Positions 1 to 12,300 of a stretch of DNA of 64,000 bases are shown in pieces. The notes beneath the pieces were generated by a model, which saw only the letters and a list, made by a program, of their open reading frames with translations, was not told the origin of the DNA and did not search any database. A program made the position numbers and the translations under genes. Source of the stretch: Bugula neritina. Lineage: Eukaryota > Animalia > Bryozoa. Numbering within the stretch: position 1 is the stretch's first letter; every line of letters starts with the position of its first letter. The stretch lies in assembly GCA_964035545.1 (NCBI GenBank), contig OZ037765.1:17360995-17424994 (forward strand), in the 5' to 3' direction.

Positions 1-112
1 AGTACAGCTACACTCATCTCTGGCCATCTACTCTAATTCATGTATTTGGACAGCCAATCAATTTTTTCATCCAATTGTTTAAAGTCAATGTGCATACTTG
101 GTGTTTTTTTAG

Positions 113-3100
113 CATCATAGAAAGAAACTTGCTGGCCGAAGATTGGATTATGACTGCAAAAAAAGAAAGAAGGACAAAGGTTAGATAAAAGGGACTTTAT
201 GGTCCAAGTAGTACCATGTTTTGGCTTGTATAGTACCAAGGCTTGCTACTATAACTTTACATAAATTTAGATTTATAGTTTATTCTGGATTACAGTCTAC
301 TTTTAGCTTGTCAACCTTATGTTTGTAAGCATTCACAGTTAATCTTAAATAAAAGTTAACCATCTGCTAATAATGAATAGTTTGACACTGGATTACTGAA
401 ACTGCTATTGCACCTTACCATAGCCAGCGTTCTACTCATCATAATATATAGCCTGAGTTCTACTCATCATAATATATAGCCTGAGTTCTATTATCATAAT
501 ATATAGCCTGAGTTCTACTCATCATAATTTATAGCCTGAGTTCTACTTATCATAATATACCCTTATTCAGGGGGTGTGGTTACAGATGATGAATTGTCCG
601 TTGCTGAAGAGAAGTTTGAGGAGTCTAAAGAGTTGGCTGAGACTGCTATGCATAATCTGCTGTCCAATGATGTCGAGCAGATAACTCAGCTTAGCGCATT
701 TGTAGATTCTTGTTTAACTTATCATCAGCAGGCTGTGGAAATTCTCAACTCTCTCAAGTCTTCTTTAGATAACAAGTTAGTTATTGAGCCTTTTTATGAC
801 ACTTAAATTCTTAAAAAGAAGTAAGAATAATAGTATTAGTAGCTGATTATTTAATCGTGACAGTAGAAGTGGTAGAATCAGAAGTAACTAGCTGGCAGCA
901 GTTGTTGTGGTAGCAGTATTAATGGTAGCAGCAATAGTAGTTCACTGGCAGCAGTAATAGCATTGCCTACTATAACACTGCAAAGTGCTATACTTGTATC
1001 CTATAAATGCATCCTTAAAGTCTCAATTTTGGTCTTCATCAAAGTCTCCACTCTATTTCTAATATTCAAGCTCCTTTAATATGTAGGTTTGTGATATTTG
1101 CCTTACGAGATTTTACCATACTGTTACAATATGCTAACTTGGACTTCATTATTCTTGTGGAATTAGTTTCTTCTGATTTTCTCCATTTTCTAGATTAACA
1201 CCTTTTTATGCAGTAAACCTATTAGGTTAGTAAATGATAAAATGTTGTATAATGTTGATCTAAGAGATATTAATCACTAAATACTGTATTGTTTTATTAG
1301 AAATGCCGTGTGATACTAACATCTTTTAGTTATAATTATACAATGACTATAATATTGCTTGCTTTCCATTCTAGCTTGTAAGTGGTCTACCAGCAGAGTG
1401 CTGTTACATTCTCAGTGTTAAGTATATTATTGCTTGTTAACTGTTACTATGTTAGATGCTTGCTATTAAGGTATTACAGTTTACCACCCTTTCCTGTTAC
1501 ATTTAACCTCACACCCCTAATAAATCATAATAATAATTTTGGGTTTTGCAGCACTAAAAAAAGGCTCAAAATATGTAATAACATAGAAATTAAACACAGT
1601 TTTAATCCTCTTTTAGTGATATATGGCTACAAATGCTGGTTTAACCTCAGCAAAGTTATTCTACAAGATGTAATTTTTTAAAATTATAAATATAAATTAA
1701 TTTCAACATAACTCAATTCAGTTCAACATAGCAATCTGGCTTAAAAATTGTAAGATAAACAACGGGTTTATAATTAATAACTATTTTGTAATAAATTTTG
1801 AAATAATTTATGCACAAAATATGACTTGGTTCTTAACAATATAAAACATGCACAAACTAGTTTTTTTCAAAGATTTTAATCAAGTCAGACTTGGCGTTAT
1901 TCATGCAAGTGTTTCCAAAGTCTAAACCATTACTCTGCAAGATACTGTTGCAAGGTTTTATTTTTTGTAAATTATCAAATTACATAACCTATACACTTAT
2001 CTACAAATATAGTTCATACAAGTTTTTTTGGAAATTTACTATTGCAATATTTAACCAAGACTAATCTGTTCTAACTGTCCATATTCTTGCCAGTTAGCTG
2101 CCTGCCCTATTTAACCTTTTTCTGTTTAATCCTTGCTGTCAGAACCTTTTTAAACCCATGTTATGGTGATCAATTATAAACATTATTTGTTGATAGTCAA
2201 TAGATTAAAAAGCAAATCTAATTTATAGTAAGTTTAGCGAAATAATAGTATATAGGCGCCAAGTTAACTGTTATTCCAATTTAGTGCAGTTTGTTCCTGC
2301 TGTAGTTAATTTATTATTGATGAGCCATTTTAAAGGCTGTTTCAATAGCAGCACAAGTTGCAACAACGAAAATTTCAATTTTATAATTTCCAAATGTAGC
2401 TATAGTTGTTCTGCAACATCAAAACAAAGACCCACGATTACAGACATGTGTTAACTAATTCTGGTTTTTGTAATAATGAAATAATATTTCAAGGCAAAGA
2501 TTTTGTTTATTTGGCGGTAATTTGTTTCAGTTACTGTAATTTATTAGTATAATAATGGCATTGACTAAACATTGATATTTATTATAATTATAAGAATTAT
2601 TTGTAAGTAATGGTGAAGTTTAAAAAAAGTTGTACTACCAGTTGATATGTGCTGCTTTTTTCAATAAGGAATTTGAACTCATTAAAGTTAGTAAAAAACT
2701 TCTTACGAAAAAAAACTCTTCTTTTATAATACATAAAGTCTTCTCTAAAGGGGACTTCAGTCCGTAACAAGTAGTTTTCTCAACTTATGCTAGTAGTGGT
2801 TGTGATTCATGTAATGCTCCTGGTTATGGTACATGTTCGTGTCTTTAGTGGGTTCCATGGAAATGCAGCAATTATTACATCCTAGTGTTTGAAGTTTTCT
2901 GCAAACATTGAAATCATCGTTAGTTGTAGGCTTTTAAAAACAAAGTTGTATTTAAGTTGCAAGTCTAAGAATTGCAAAAGGGGGGCGTGTAGAAAATTTA
3001 ATGAAATGATGCTGCTACTAAACATTTATTAATTAATCTACATAATCTCAATGTTAATAATAATTTAGGTCAAATTCAAATATAGGGTTTTGACATGACT

Positions 3101-4139
3101 ATGTTCTATGAAATAGGCTTACAACAGTGTGAAAATAAGTTTTAGTTATACTTTATATTAGGTGTTGTAGGCCACACTTCTTATATATGAGCTGAACTAT
3201 GCAGCAGCAAATGCAAATATAGCATCAGCCATGACTAGACAAAAAAGACTTACAGCCAGATAACTTGAAACAATTGTGTAAATATTTTTGCTTGAAATTT
3301 GAAACTCTGCTACAACAGCAAGTTTTTTTTACATATTCATAGAAATTTGTTTGACTATAGGTAGAGTGTTCTTCAACAGCTCAATGATTTTACATTTTCC
3401 CTCAGGCATGGCACCCATGCATCTTCTTTGTTATTCATTAAGAGATAACCTTTGTATATTATGTAGCTGTTTATGCATATTAATAATAGGTGCAACGATG
3501 CATCCAGCAAGCCCAGATCACAGCACGTGCCCAAGAGAGTGGCTTCATCAGTGAAGAGAACTAGTGATCCATTTGATAGCAACGATAGCAACGGGAAGTC
3601 TGGCTCTTACAGTTTGGCTAGCTCACAGCCCGAGTATGCACAGCCAGTTGTTGGTAAGTGAGAGGTAACTCTGGGCATGTGTCAATATTAAACTTTTTCT
3701 GGAAATAAAGATAGTAATTATGGCTTCAAACACATATTTTTGTGATGAGCTCAATGCTGACTATAGTTAAAAAATTCCCATCTGTCTGTTGTAGCTTGTC
3801 TCTTAATTAGCCAGTGTTCATCTTTGCAATTATTCCTCTGATGTTGAATACTGTCTGGGTTAATTAGTCAACCACTTTGTGTATAATGTTCCAGTAAAAT
3901 GTCTCAAATAATTTGGCCTGCATATTAAATGTGTTTTGTTGTTTTCAGTACCAAAGGCGAAACCATCTGCTCGGGCACTCTATGACTTTGAACCAGAGAA
4001 TGAAGGGGAACTTGGGTTTAGTGAAGGAGATTTAATTGAGTTGACTCAACAAGTTGATGAGAACTGGTTTGAAGGAAAGTTTAAAGGCCAAGTTGGTTTC
4101 TTTCCTATCAATTATGTTGAAGTAGTGAATCCTTTATAA
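113..4139 (+). CDS. SH3GL: Endophilin-A (N-BAR + SH3), 3' part; exons 113-179, 571-775, 3490-3653, 3949-4139
   Basis: Exons have GT-AG borders and join in frame: [22 protein letters not shown] / ...[34 protein letters not shown]... / C-terminal SH3 [36 protein letters not shown]...[10 protein letters not shown]. These are endophilin-A signatures. The 5' part lies outside the window. Confidence 0.93.
430..559. repeat. Intronic minisatellite, 28-bp unit, about 4.7 copies
   Basis: Tandem TTCTACTCATCATAATATATAGCCTGAG ending just before the splice acceptor at 570. Confidence 0.9.
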
Positions 4140-6737
4140 CCAGCTTCTGGAATGTAGAATTCTGACAGCAAATCTGACTGATGTTAAACATCTAACCAAT
4201 TATATTAAGTTTATTGAGTTATAAGATGTTCAATGAATCACAATTTTTATAATTATTTTATTGCTTTGCCAAGAAAATTATACACAGTTTTGACAAATGC
4301 AATTTCGTAGTTATCAAGCATGTTTTCACCATATGACTCAGCGCTACTACTTGATTTTCATATACTATATATGCAGTATTTGCAAATTTACAAAAATAGT
4401 TTTTCTGCACTTTTTTTATTTAATGTCAACAAGCAAGGCATATACGAAATTCCACAATACATTCTATTACAAAATGTGATGTCTGGCAATATAGATATTA
4501 TATATGTGTATTTTATTTATCAAGTTTCACAAGTTTACTGGGTTCTAGTGAATAGTATAGCTATGAGTTGTACAATGTAAGTTTTTATTTTTAGAAGAAG
4601 CTGGATGTAATGTGAGTTTTTGGCAGTAAACTTTACCTTATTATATTGTTGTTATTATGTAATAATTATTAAATAAAACATGAATGTTGAATTGCCTTTT
4701 TGGGTATGATGTAAATGTAGATGATGAAAATAAAGCATTTTCTCTTTCAGGTTTGTGCTCGAATTTTACTTTTTTGTAGGAAATTCAGAATTTGCATTGC
4801 AACATTAACAATATCACCAATATGTTGTGTGAAATGTTCCTAATGGTATTTATCTATGGTAGTCATCAGTCACATGCATTGTAGCACAACTAAAATTCGC
4901 TTGCAGTTCAATACTTAGTATATCTATTTGTTTTACAATAATCCTCTAGTATTACAATTACGAACCTCTTAACTGGTTGAAAAAATATTTATGCGTAAAA
5001 ACCAAGACTCCCCAGCTAGTTTTACCAAACCGTCAGAAACCCATTAAGTTAAAACTAAAATTCAACTCTCCCCATTGATTATATGCTAATTTCAATTCCT
5101 CTTCACATTTAAAAGCAATAACAATGTGCACATATTCTTTGCAACTAAGACCACTAGAACTAGGATCTTGGAAAACTTGGTAGAACTTTAGGCTAATGTA
5201 TGTGGCCATATTATAAACACGCAAAATTAAAACGATTTTTGGTGTTTCAGAGCAGCTTTATTTATATTTTGAAAGTTGTGTGCATGACTTGCCCACAACA
5301 CTAAAGAATTGTATTGGGTAAAATTATAAAAGTTTTCTATAGCAAAAAATTGTCTGTCGTCTAGCACTGTTATCTCTTTAGTAAGATTAACTTGCATGCA
5401 ACTAATTTTACTAAAAGAAATAGTCAGCCCCCTCTTCTGCAAACTATTTAATATATTGTTATAAGGAGCTTTTAACTGCTAAAATATGTATGGTAAATCA
5501 TAATGTTTTATAGCTTTGTTGTACATTGTTGCTTATATTAAATATGGCTGCATATAACAATTCTAGTGCTCATAGAAGGTCTTGTATTGTCAGATGACTC
5601 TTTTATTTGTTTATAGCAGCTCTTTCTGGTTTTGTGCAAATTGCTTTTCAGACTTTAATTTTCATCAAAACCTTTACTATACACACAAGCCTTATAAGTA
5701 CTTCTGTATACCGGAGCCTTTTGAAAGCAGCTGTGAAAAGTTTAATTCTACCTAACAACTATCTATTTGTTGTGGACACTAAATATCAGAGTATAAAAAA
5801 TATTTTGAGGATGGCAATACAACATTATTTTTAAGCATTGCTTGGTAGTTATGTGAACCCGTCAGGTTGAACTAAAGGGTTAAAGTTCACGCTGGGTTGG
5901 ACCGCTGCATTCACGACTTTCATTTAGATGACTTTTATAAGGTTTTGGTTTGCTTGTCTGTTAAAAAACTATATTAAATTGTGTTGAGCAGTTACTAGAA
6001 AGGCTACTGCTCTATTAGTAATTTAGCCTTGTTAGTTACACAAAACTAGATTTGTGATGCAATAAAACAATGAATGGTCAGCAAATTAATAGCACAAATA
6101 AATATATACAACCTGTGCATTGCATTTGATCCGTCCAAACAAAAATTGCTGTTACAATGCATTTAGTCTGCATATTAGTGTTGCATTGTACATGTGGATG
6201 CCAGCTAATTTGTATAATTTGTAAAAATACAAAGGTTTATTAAATTTAGTGTAAATCATATCCATGTTTTTGCAGCTGCTGCGTTTTTGGTGAGCAGCCA
6301 TCAAGTTTCGTGTAGTTTGACATTCAAGACACTGCTAACAAGTGACTATTATGTAATTAATAATAATCCCAATGTTCACTTGCAGCTGGGAAAATTTCAG
6401 TACCATGCAATAATTCCATACTATATCAAATTTTTAAGAGTTATATCACAACATAAATTTAATTAATATATTATTCAATGCAATATAGTTTATTTCAATA
6501 AAAAAAATTTACTATATACATGTACAATTATGAAAAATAAATGAGGCTCTACCCCAAGAATTAGCAGATTCTGGACACAAACATATCCAAGTTGCTACTA
6601 GCTATAGTTTTTATTTAAAAGACACATATGTACTTTAATGGTGTGGTAATAAAAATATATACATGTATACGTATGTGTAATCACAGTAGTAAATAAATGT
6701 TATACATTCAAATGGATACAAGCTAATTGCTTGTATT

Positions 6738-7658
6738 TCAGTATAAAGAATACTGACCACTTCTTGTTGTAAAACAAGATTTAACAGCTTTTAGCCATTT
6801 TATATTTAGTCTAATTTTGGAGCAACATATTCTATTTTGTCTATAGGATATAGCTTTAGTGTCACTATCACTGCTATTCCTAATTTTTCTTCTGATGCTA
6901 CCAAGCACATTGTAGAATGTAGATTTGAAAGTTGCCTTCTTGTTACTAATTGGGGAGACAACTTCATCATCTTCCTCTTCAATATCTTCCAATGTTATCC
7001 TATGGTCTATCACTTTCTCAAACTCACATACTCCATCATCTAATCCATCTCTACCAATAGCACTCTTCACTTTTTGAATGAAGACTTTCATCTCTATAAC
7101 TTCATTCAGATTTCTAAAAATAATTATGTTTTAGAGATTGTCACATTGGCCTGCATGTAAATATTAAAATTCCTTTTGTAATGTATAATTTATGTATAAT
7201 CCACATAACATCATATGCTATAATCACTAGTAGAGGTTAAGTAAACAACAAAATAAGCATCCTTTGGAGTTGCATTCCCCGCTGCATAATATTTTCTACT
7301 CTGATGTGTAATGCATTGCGTCATCCATTATGTGTAGCACTACGGACCAAGTAATATTTAAAATTTTATAATACTATCAAGGGAAAAGTTTCAGACTATA
7401 ACAAATTTTTGCATACACTTTATCTTCTATGAATAAATGCTATGAATGTTAATCTAATATTAGTAATAGATATATAATCACCTATGACAACATCTTATTA
7501 TAATTACTACTATTAGTAAGGTAGACATTTTTACTACATACTTATAAAAGAAGTTACAAATAAACTTACTCAGTAATAGTGTATACTGAAGAGACAATCT
7601 CATTCATTCTGGTAGTCATAGATGTGTTACCACAGATTGAATACTTCTTAGAATACAT
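6738..7658 (-). CDS. Hypothetical protein, about 154 aa; exons 7658-7570 and 7113-6738
   Basis: ATG at 7658, donor GA|GTAAGT and acceptor TTTTTAG|A give in-frame MYSKKYSICG...TITE-NLNEVIEMKVFIQK..., continuing into the 117-aa ORF with the acidic patch LEDIEEEDDEV. Family not recognised. Confidence 0.5.
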
Positions 7659-7736
7659 TGTGTGAATAATATAAGCCAATATTATATCCGAGAACAGAGA
7701 GAGCAGAATAATCAACTAGCTTCACCAAGATACAGA

Positions 7737-7772
7737 TATTATATCTATATTATATATATATATATATAATAC

Positions 7773-7804
<32 letters not shown>

Positions 7805-7835
7805 GTATTATATATATATATTATATTTTATATGT
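7737..7835. repeat. (TA)n microsatellite
   Basis: Interrupted TA dinucleotide run. Confidence 0.9.
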
Positions 7836-9325
7836 ACTTGTTTTATTGAAATAAACATTTATCTATATTATACATTGAATAAACAATTGTTAATATAAAT
7901 AATGTGATATCATTTTAAAACATTTAGTATAGCAGCATTGATTCTGTGGTAAAGTTTTATGAATTGCGTACAACTTTGCATGATTGTTTCAATTATTTGT
8001 CTTGATTCTTCATTTTGTCATCGGCCCATAACTAATTTTTACATAATTATGTTAAATAATGTAACTAGGGTAACAAACAGTGTTGTGTAATTATAGTAGC
8101 CTACACCAAAAGTGCATTTCAATTACTAAAGACTATTAGAAAAAAGAACCATTATAATGGGTCGCAGTAATATTAAATAAGATCATGTTATCTAAGCTTT
8201 AATAACCACAATACTAAGTTTAGCTTACATATGACCCACAAGATTATTATGATGCTGAAGTTGCAGAAACTCAACCCAAAATAATAGTCATTATTGTTTT
8301 ACTTTTGAAAAGACAATTCAAATAAATGTAAAAATATTATTGTTATAGTAATTTATAGACAATACATACATTCTTACATTTACAGTTTACTACTTCCCTT
8401 CCACACATTGATGATCACAGTAATAAGAATAGATTTTATACATAAAAGTCATTGCAATGACAAGTATTTACAATACTTTGCATATTATGCCATAAAGTGG
8501 TGTTTAGCGAGTGTGTTCAGTCTTTTATACACATCATTAATTGCAAATTGCAGACTGGTTTCATACTTAACACATTATGTGTATGGTTCAGTACGTAATC
8601 ATCACAGTTAGAACTTTTGCACACCAAACTTATTACTTTAAGTTGTTTTTTTTGACTGACTTTCTATATTAAAACAGTTTATTTAGCATATGAATAAAAT
8701 TACATATATGTACACATACACTATATATAATATATATAAGCGCTACTATTAAGATATAATTGTTATGGAGTGCAGTGCTATGCAATTTTTGGTAAGCATT
8801 TGTATTCGAAGTACTCGAGCTGATCACATAGTGTCACACCTGACACATTATAAAGAACCTTAAACTAAAATTATAACTTTTCTATAGTTGTCAGTATTCT
8901 GCTTTTGCATGTTTTATTTCTGCAAACACATAGACTTACAATGAAACATTTAGAATGGAGCGGAAGATTCAAATGATTGGAGTTGTGTTGCCTTACAAGT
9001 AGGTCAATGAGTCCCCAAGCAGAGAGCAAAAACACTGCCTTCACTTTAAACTAAATCAACTGCATATTGTAAGTAATATAATAATTGTAATATGTTATAT
9101 TGATATAATACATATAAAGCAAAATTAAATAAAATAATTGAATTTCACACAATTTTACACAATTTATGAAATGTTAAGTTTATTTTGCTAGTTTGAAAAG
9201 CAATAGCCATAAATGAATACCACTATTTACAAAGCAATATAAAAACTCTTTATAAGCATACTACAACCATGAGTATAACAGTTGAAAGTAGTTTTTCCTA
9301 GGAAGAAATACATGCTTCATACAAA

Positions 9326-12300
9326 TCACTTCAATTCAGTCTTCTTGAAATTTGACTACAATAAAAACAAAATTTGAATAATATTTTGTTAATTGTTATT
9401 ATTATTGGAAATATCTGTTGCAGGGAAATGATATTAAATGGAAATTTCATTTAAAAACCTACCTTATACCATTCTAAAGCACTAGAAAGAATTTCCAGTG
9501 CGTCATTTTTGTGATAAACACATTGGTTATCTAAAGATATAAAAAAATACATAGATTATCCAAACATGGCTTACATAATATACATTACTTAAAAATAGAT
9601 GATGTAATTGAGAAATAGTTAGTTGATACTTTTGATCTCATGGCATTACACAAGATCATGTTATTTTCTCTCACCTTTAATCTTCCACGGTGTGTCAAAC
9701 TTTTGGCTCTTTGGCCACCAACAGGGCTTGTGTTTGTCAACACCCCATATAGATCTTGGGTTTTTTACATCTGAAAATAATTTAGCAAGAGAGTGGCACA
9801 GTTTTAAACGTTTTTGCTGAAAAAAGTACCCAACAACATATGAAATAGCTCCTGTAATTTATGAAAACATGAGACGGATTAGCTTGTTAGTGTTAGATGT
9901 TCAAATAATTACCCTATTTTATGTAACCAGCAATACCTGAATGTATAACAAGCTGGGAAATGAGCTTTTTCATATCCTGGCAAGAAAGTTTCTTGATATC
10001 AATTTGGCTCAGAATTTGCCTAATATCTTTTTCTTCTTCTTTTTCTTCTTCTTGTTCTTCATCTTTTTCTTCATCTTCCTCAGAGTTGACAGCTTGAGAA
10101 TCAAGCTATAGTTGACAAACAAATTTTAAAACAAATCAAAATGCATGCGCAGATAATGTAAAATGCTATAAACAGCCAGAATAAACAAATCACCCTTACC
10201 AATTTGCATTGTAATGCGCGGTTGTATAGAAGGCTTTGCAGTTCATGACAAAACTCTGGACTCGACAGCATAGATTGATTGCCTGACAAACAAAAAATTA
10301 TGTAATATTTATAGCAATTTTTTAATTCGAGGCAAAACAAGGTGCATAGAGCTCAATACATGAAATGACCAATAAATGACATGATATACATATACATTAT
10401 TATATAATTATATATTATTATCATAAAATAACACTATAAAAATAAGAAAATCACAGCATTAGGAGTGCTAGTACTATCGTTAGTTGTAGCTGTTGAAAAC
10501 CCAGGTTATTAGAGAAGTATGTGTAGATGTTGCAGTACACCCAGTGGTAAAGACATCAAAACTAGTCATTACTAGTAGCAACAACTACTATTATAATTTT
10601 TTAATATTTTTACTATGGCAATATTTTTACCTGTGAGGACTACAACAATGAGAAACGGTATATGGAGCCTCACAATAAAACAGCTAAACCATACTACAGG
10701 GTACATACCGTACTAATTCTTACTCATACAACATACTTCAAATTACTCACCAGAAAAAGTAACTGAGCCATCTTTACGCAGAACAGAATAAATGTGGTAG
10801 GTGGATTTAAGCTTCTTAGCTCTTTGATTAACCTTCAGCATGCAACTATACATAATATTACTCTTTAAATTTGAAACATCAAATGATAACCTAAAGCCTT
10901 TTCTGATAAATAATGATATACAAAAGACAGAGTGCAACCTACAGCACATGAACAGAAAAAAATTGTTGGTATATGAACACTTATGGCACTAAATCACCTA
11001 GCAATTTCTTTTGAACATTTAAAACTTTCAACTAATTAATAGTAATTCTTATTTACAGTACGACACAGTCTTCTTTGCCGCTTATCTTCGGCTTCTTTTT
11101 CAAAATTCCTCTTCTTCTACAAAAGAGGATGTACATTTCTTGAATATAATGTTTACAATATTTTGAAAATTCAAAACAGCTATGTAAAAATAACACGGCT
11201 GATAAAAAATGGAAACAATCAGAAATATATTCCATTACGTTAGCCACACACATTCGGTTGGTTGCTAGCAAGAACAAAAAGTAACATTCATCATCAAAAG
11301 TACTTTTACCTGACAGCTAGTACCAATATGCTCTTTAACAACTGTAGCTCCACTATTAGTTTCTATTAGTTTCATTTCATCTACAAATAAGAAAACGATT
11401 TGGCTTTTTGTTATCAGTATTAAAGTTCCGCCCATGTTTTTCTAAATGCAAAACAGAAACTGGTAAAATTTGACAAAAATATGAATGTATATAAAACAAT
11501 AAGCCAAAGCCAAGGATGAGAATTAAAAGTGGGAAAAAATGACCACAGTGATGATATATTAGCATTATATTGTTTAATAATGATGTACTTCGTCCCCTTG
11601 TATATGTATAAAACAAATGATTTGAACCATAAAATAATTTAAAATTTATAGACCTATATTAAGTTTTGCCAACCAAGCTTCTGATTTCAAACAATATAAG
11701 TAATACTGTGGTGGTTCGTGGAACTACCAGCAGCACAACATGTAGGGTCGCGTAATTGACCCGGAACAATGGATAGCCAATTAGCGTAGTTGATAGTTAG
11801 CAGCAATTGTAGTTTCCCGCTGCTAACTCAGTCGAAGCTAGAGTGTGAAATAGATTAGATGTGTAACTTGTTAGAAATAATGTATCGTGTTTTTATGATG
11901 TATAGTTGTGTATAAAATATACTCGTTCACTCGACTTAGCCTGGTGCAGTTCTATACTAGATAAATAGACTCTCTGGATAGCATATCAACCCTAATCTGA
12001 AAATCATAACAGTGGTGGCAGCGGTGGGATAGTGCATCCAAGATGGAGACTGAAAATGCTGGAACTCAACCACCGGCAATCGAAGGTGAGCGTAGAGACA
12101 ATGCTGTAGAGACAATACCTGTTAACCATGTAGTAGAAGAGCGAAGGGTTCCGCGAGAACTAGCTGAAGACCGCTACAGGTTAAAGGCGCCCACCTTCAC
12201 GGGTGAAGAGGAGGTGGAACAATTTATCCAAGAGTTTAGCGACGTAATGGACGTCGCTCAGTGGCCCCCTAGGGTGGCCCTGTTGAAGCTTAGAATGGCA

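Noticed and set aside
430-559. CRISPR-like repeat array (also 34951-35069)
   Set aside because: Units are head-to-tail without unique spacers and lie in eukaryotic introns, so they are minisatellites.
5871-5892. 22-bp near-match (AAAGGGTT(A/G)AAGTTCACGCTG) inverted at about 25527-25547
   Set aside because: Probably fragments of a dispersed repeat. Too short and too distant, with no TSD, to define a 20-kb element.
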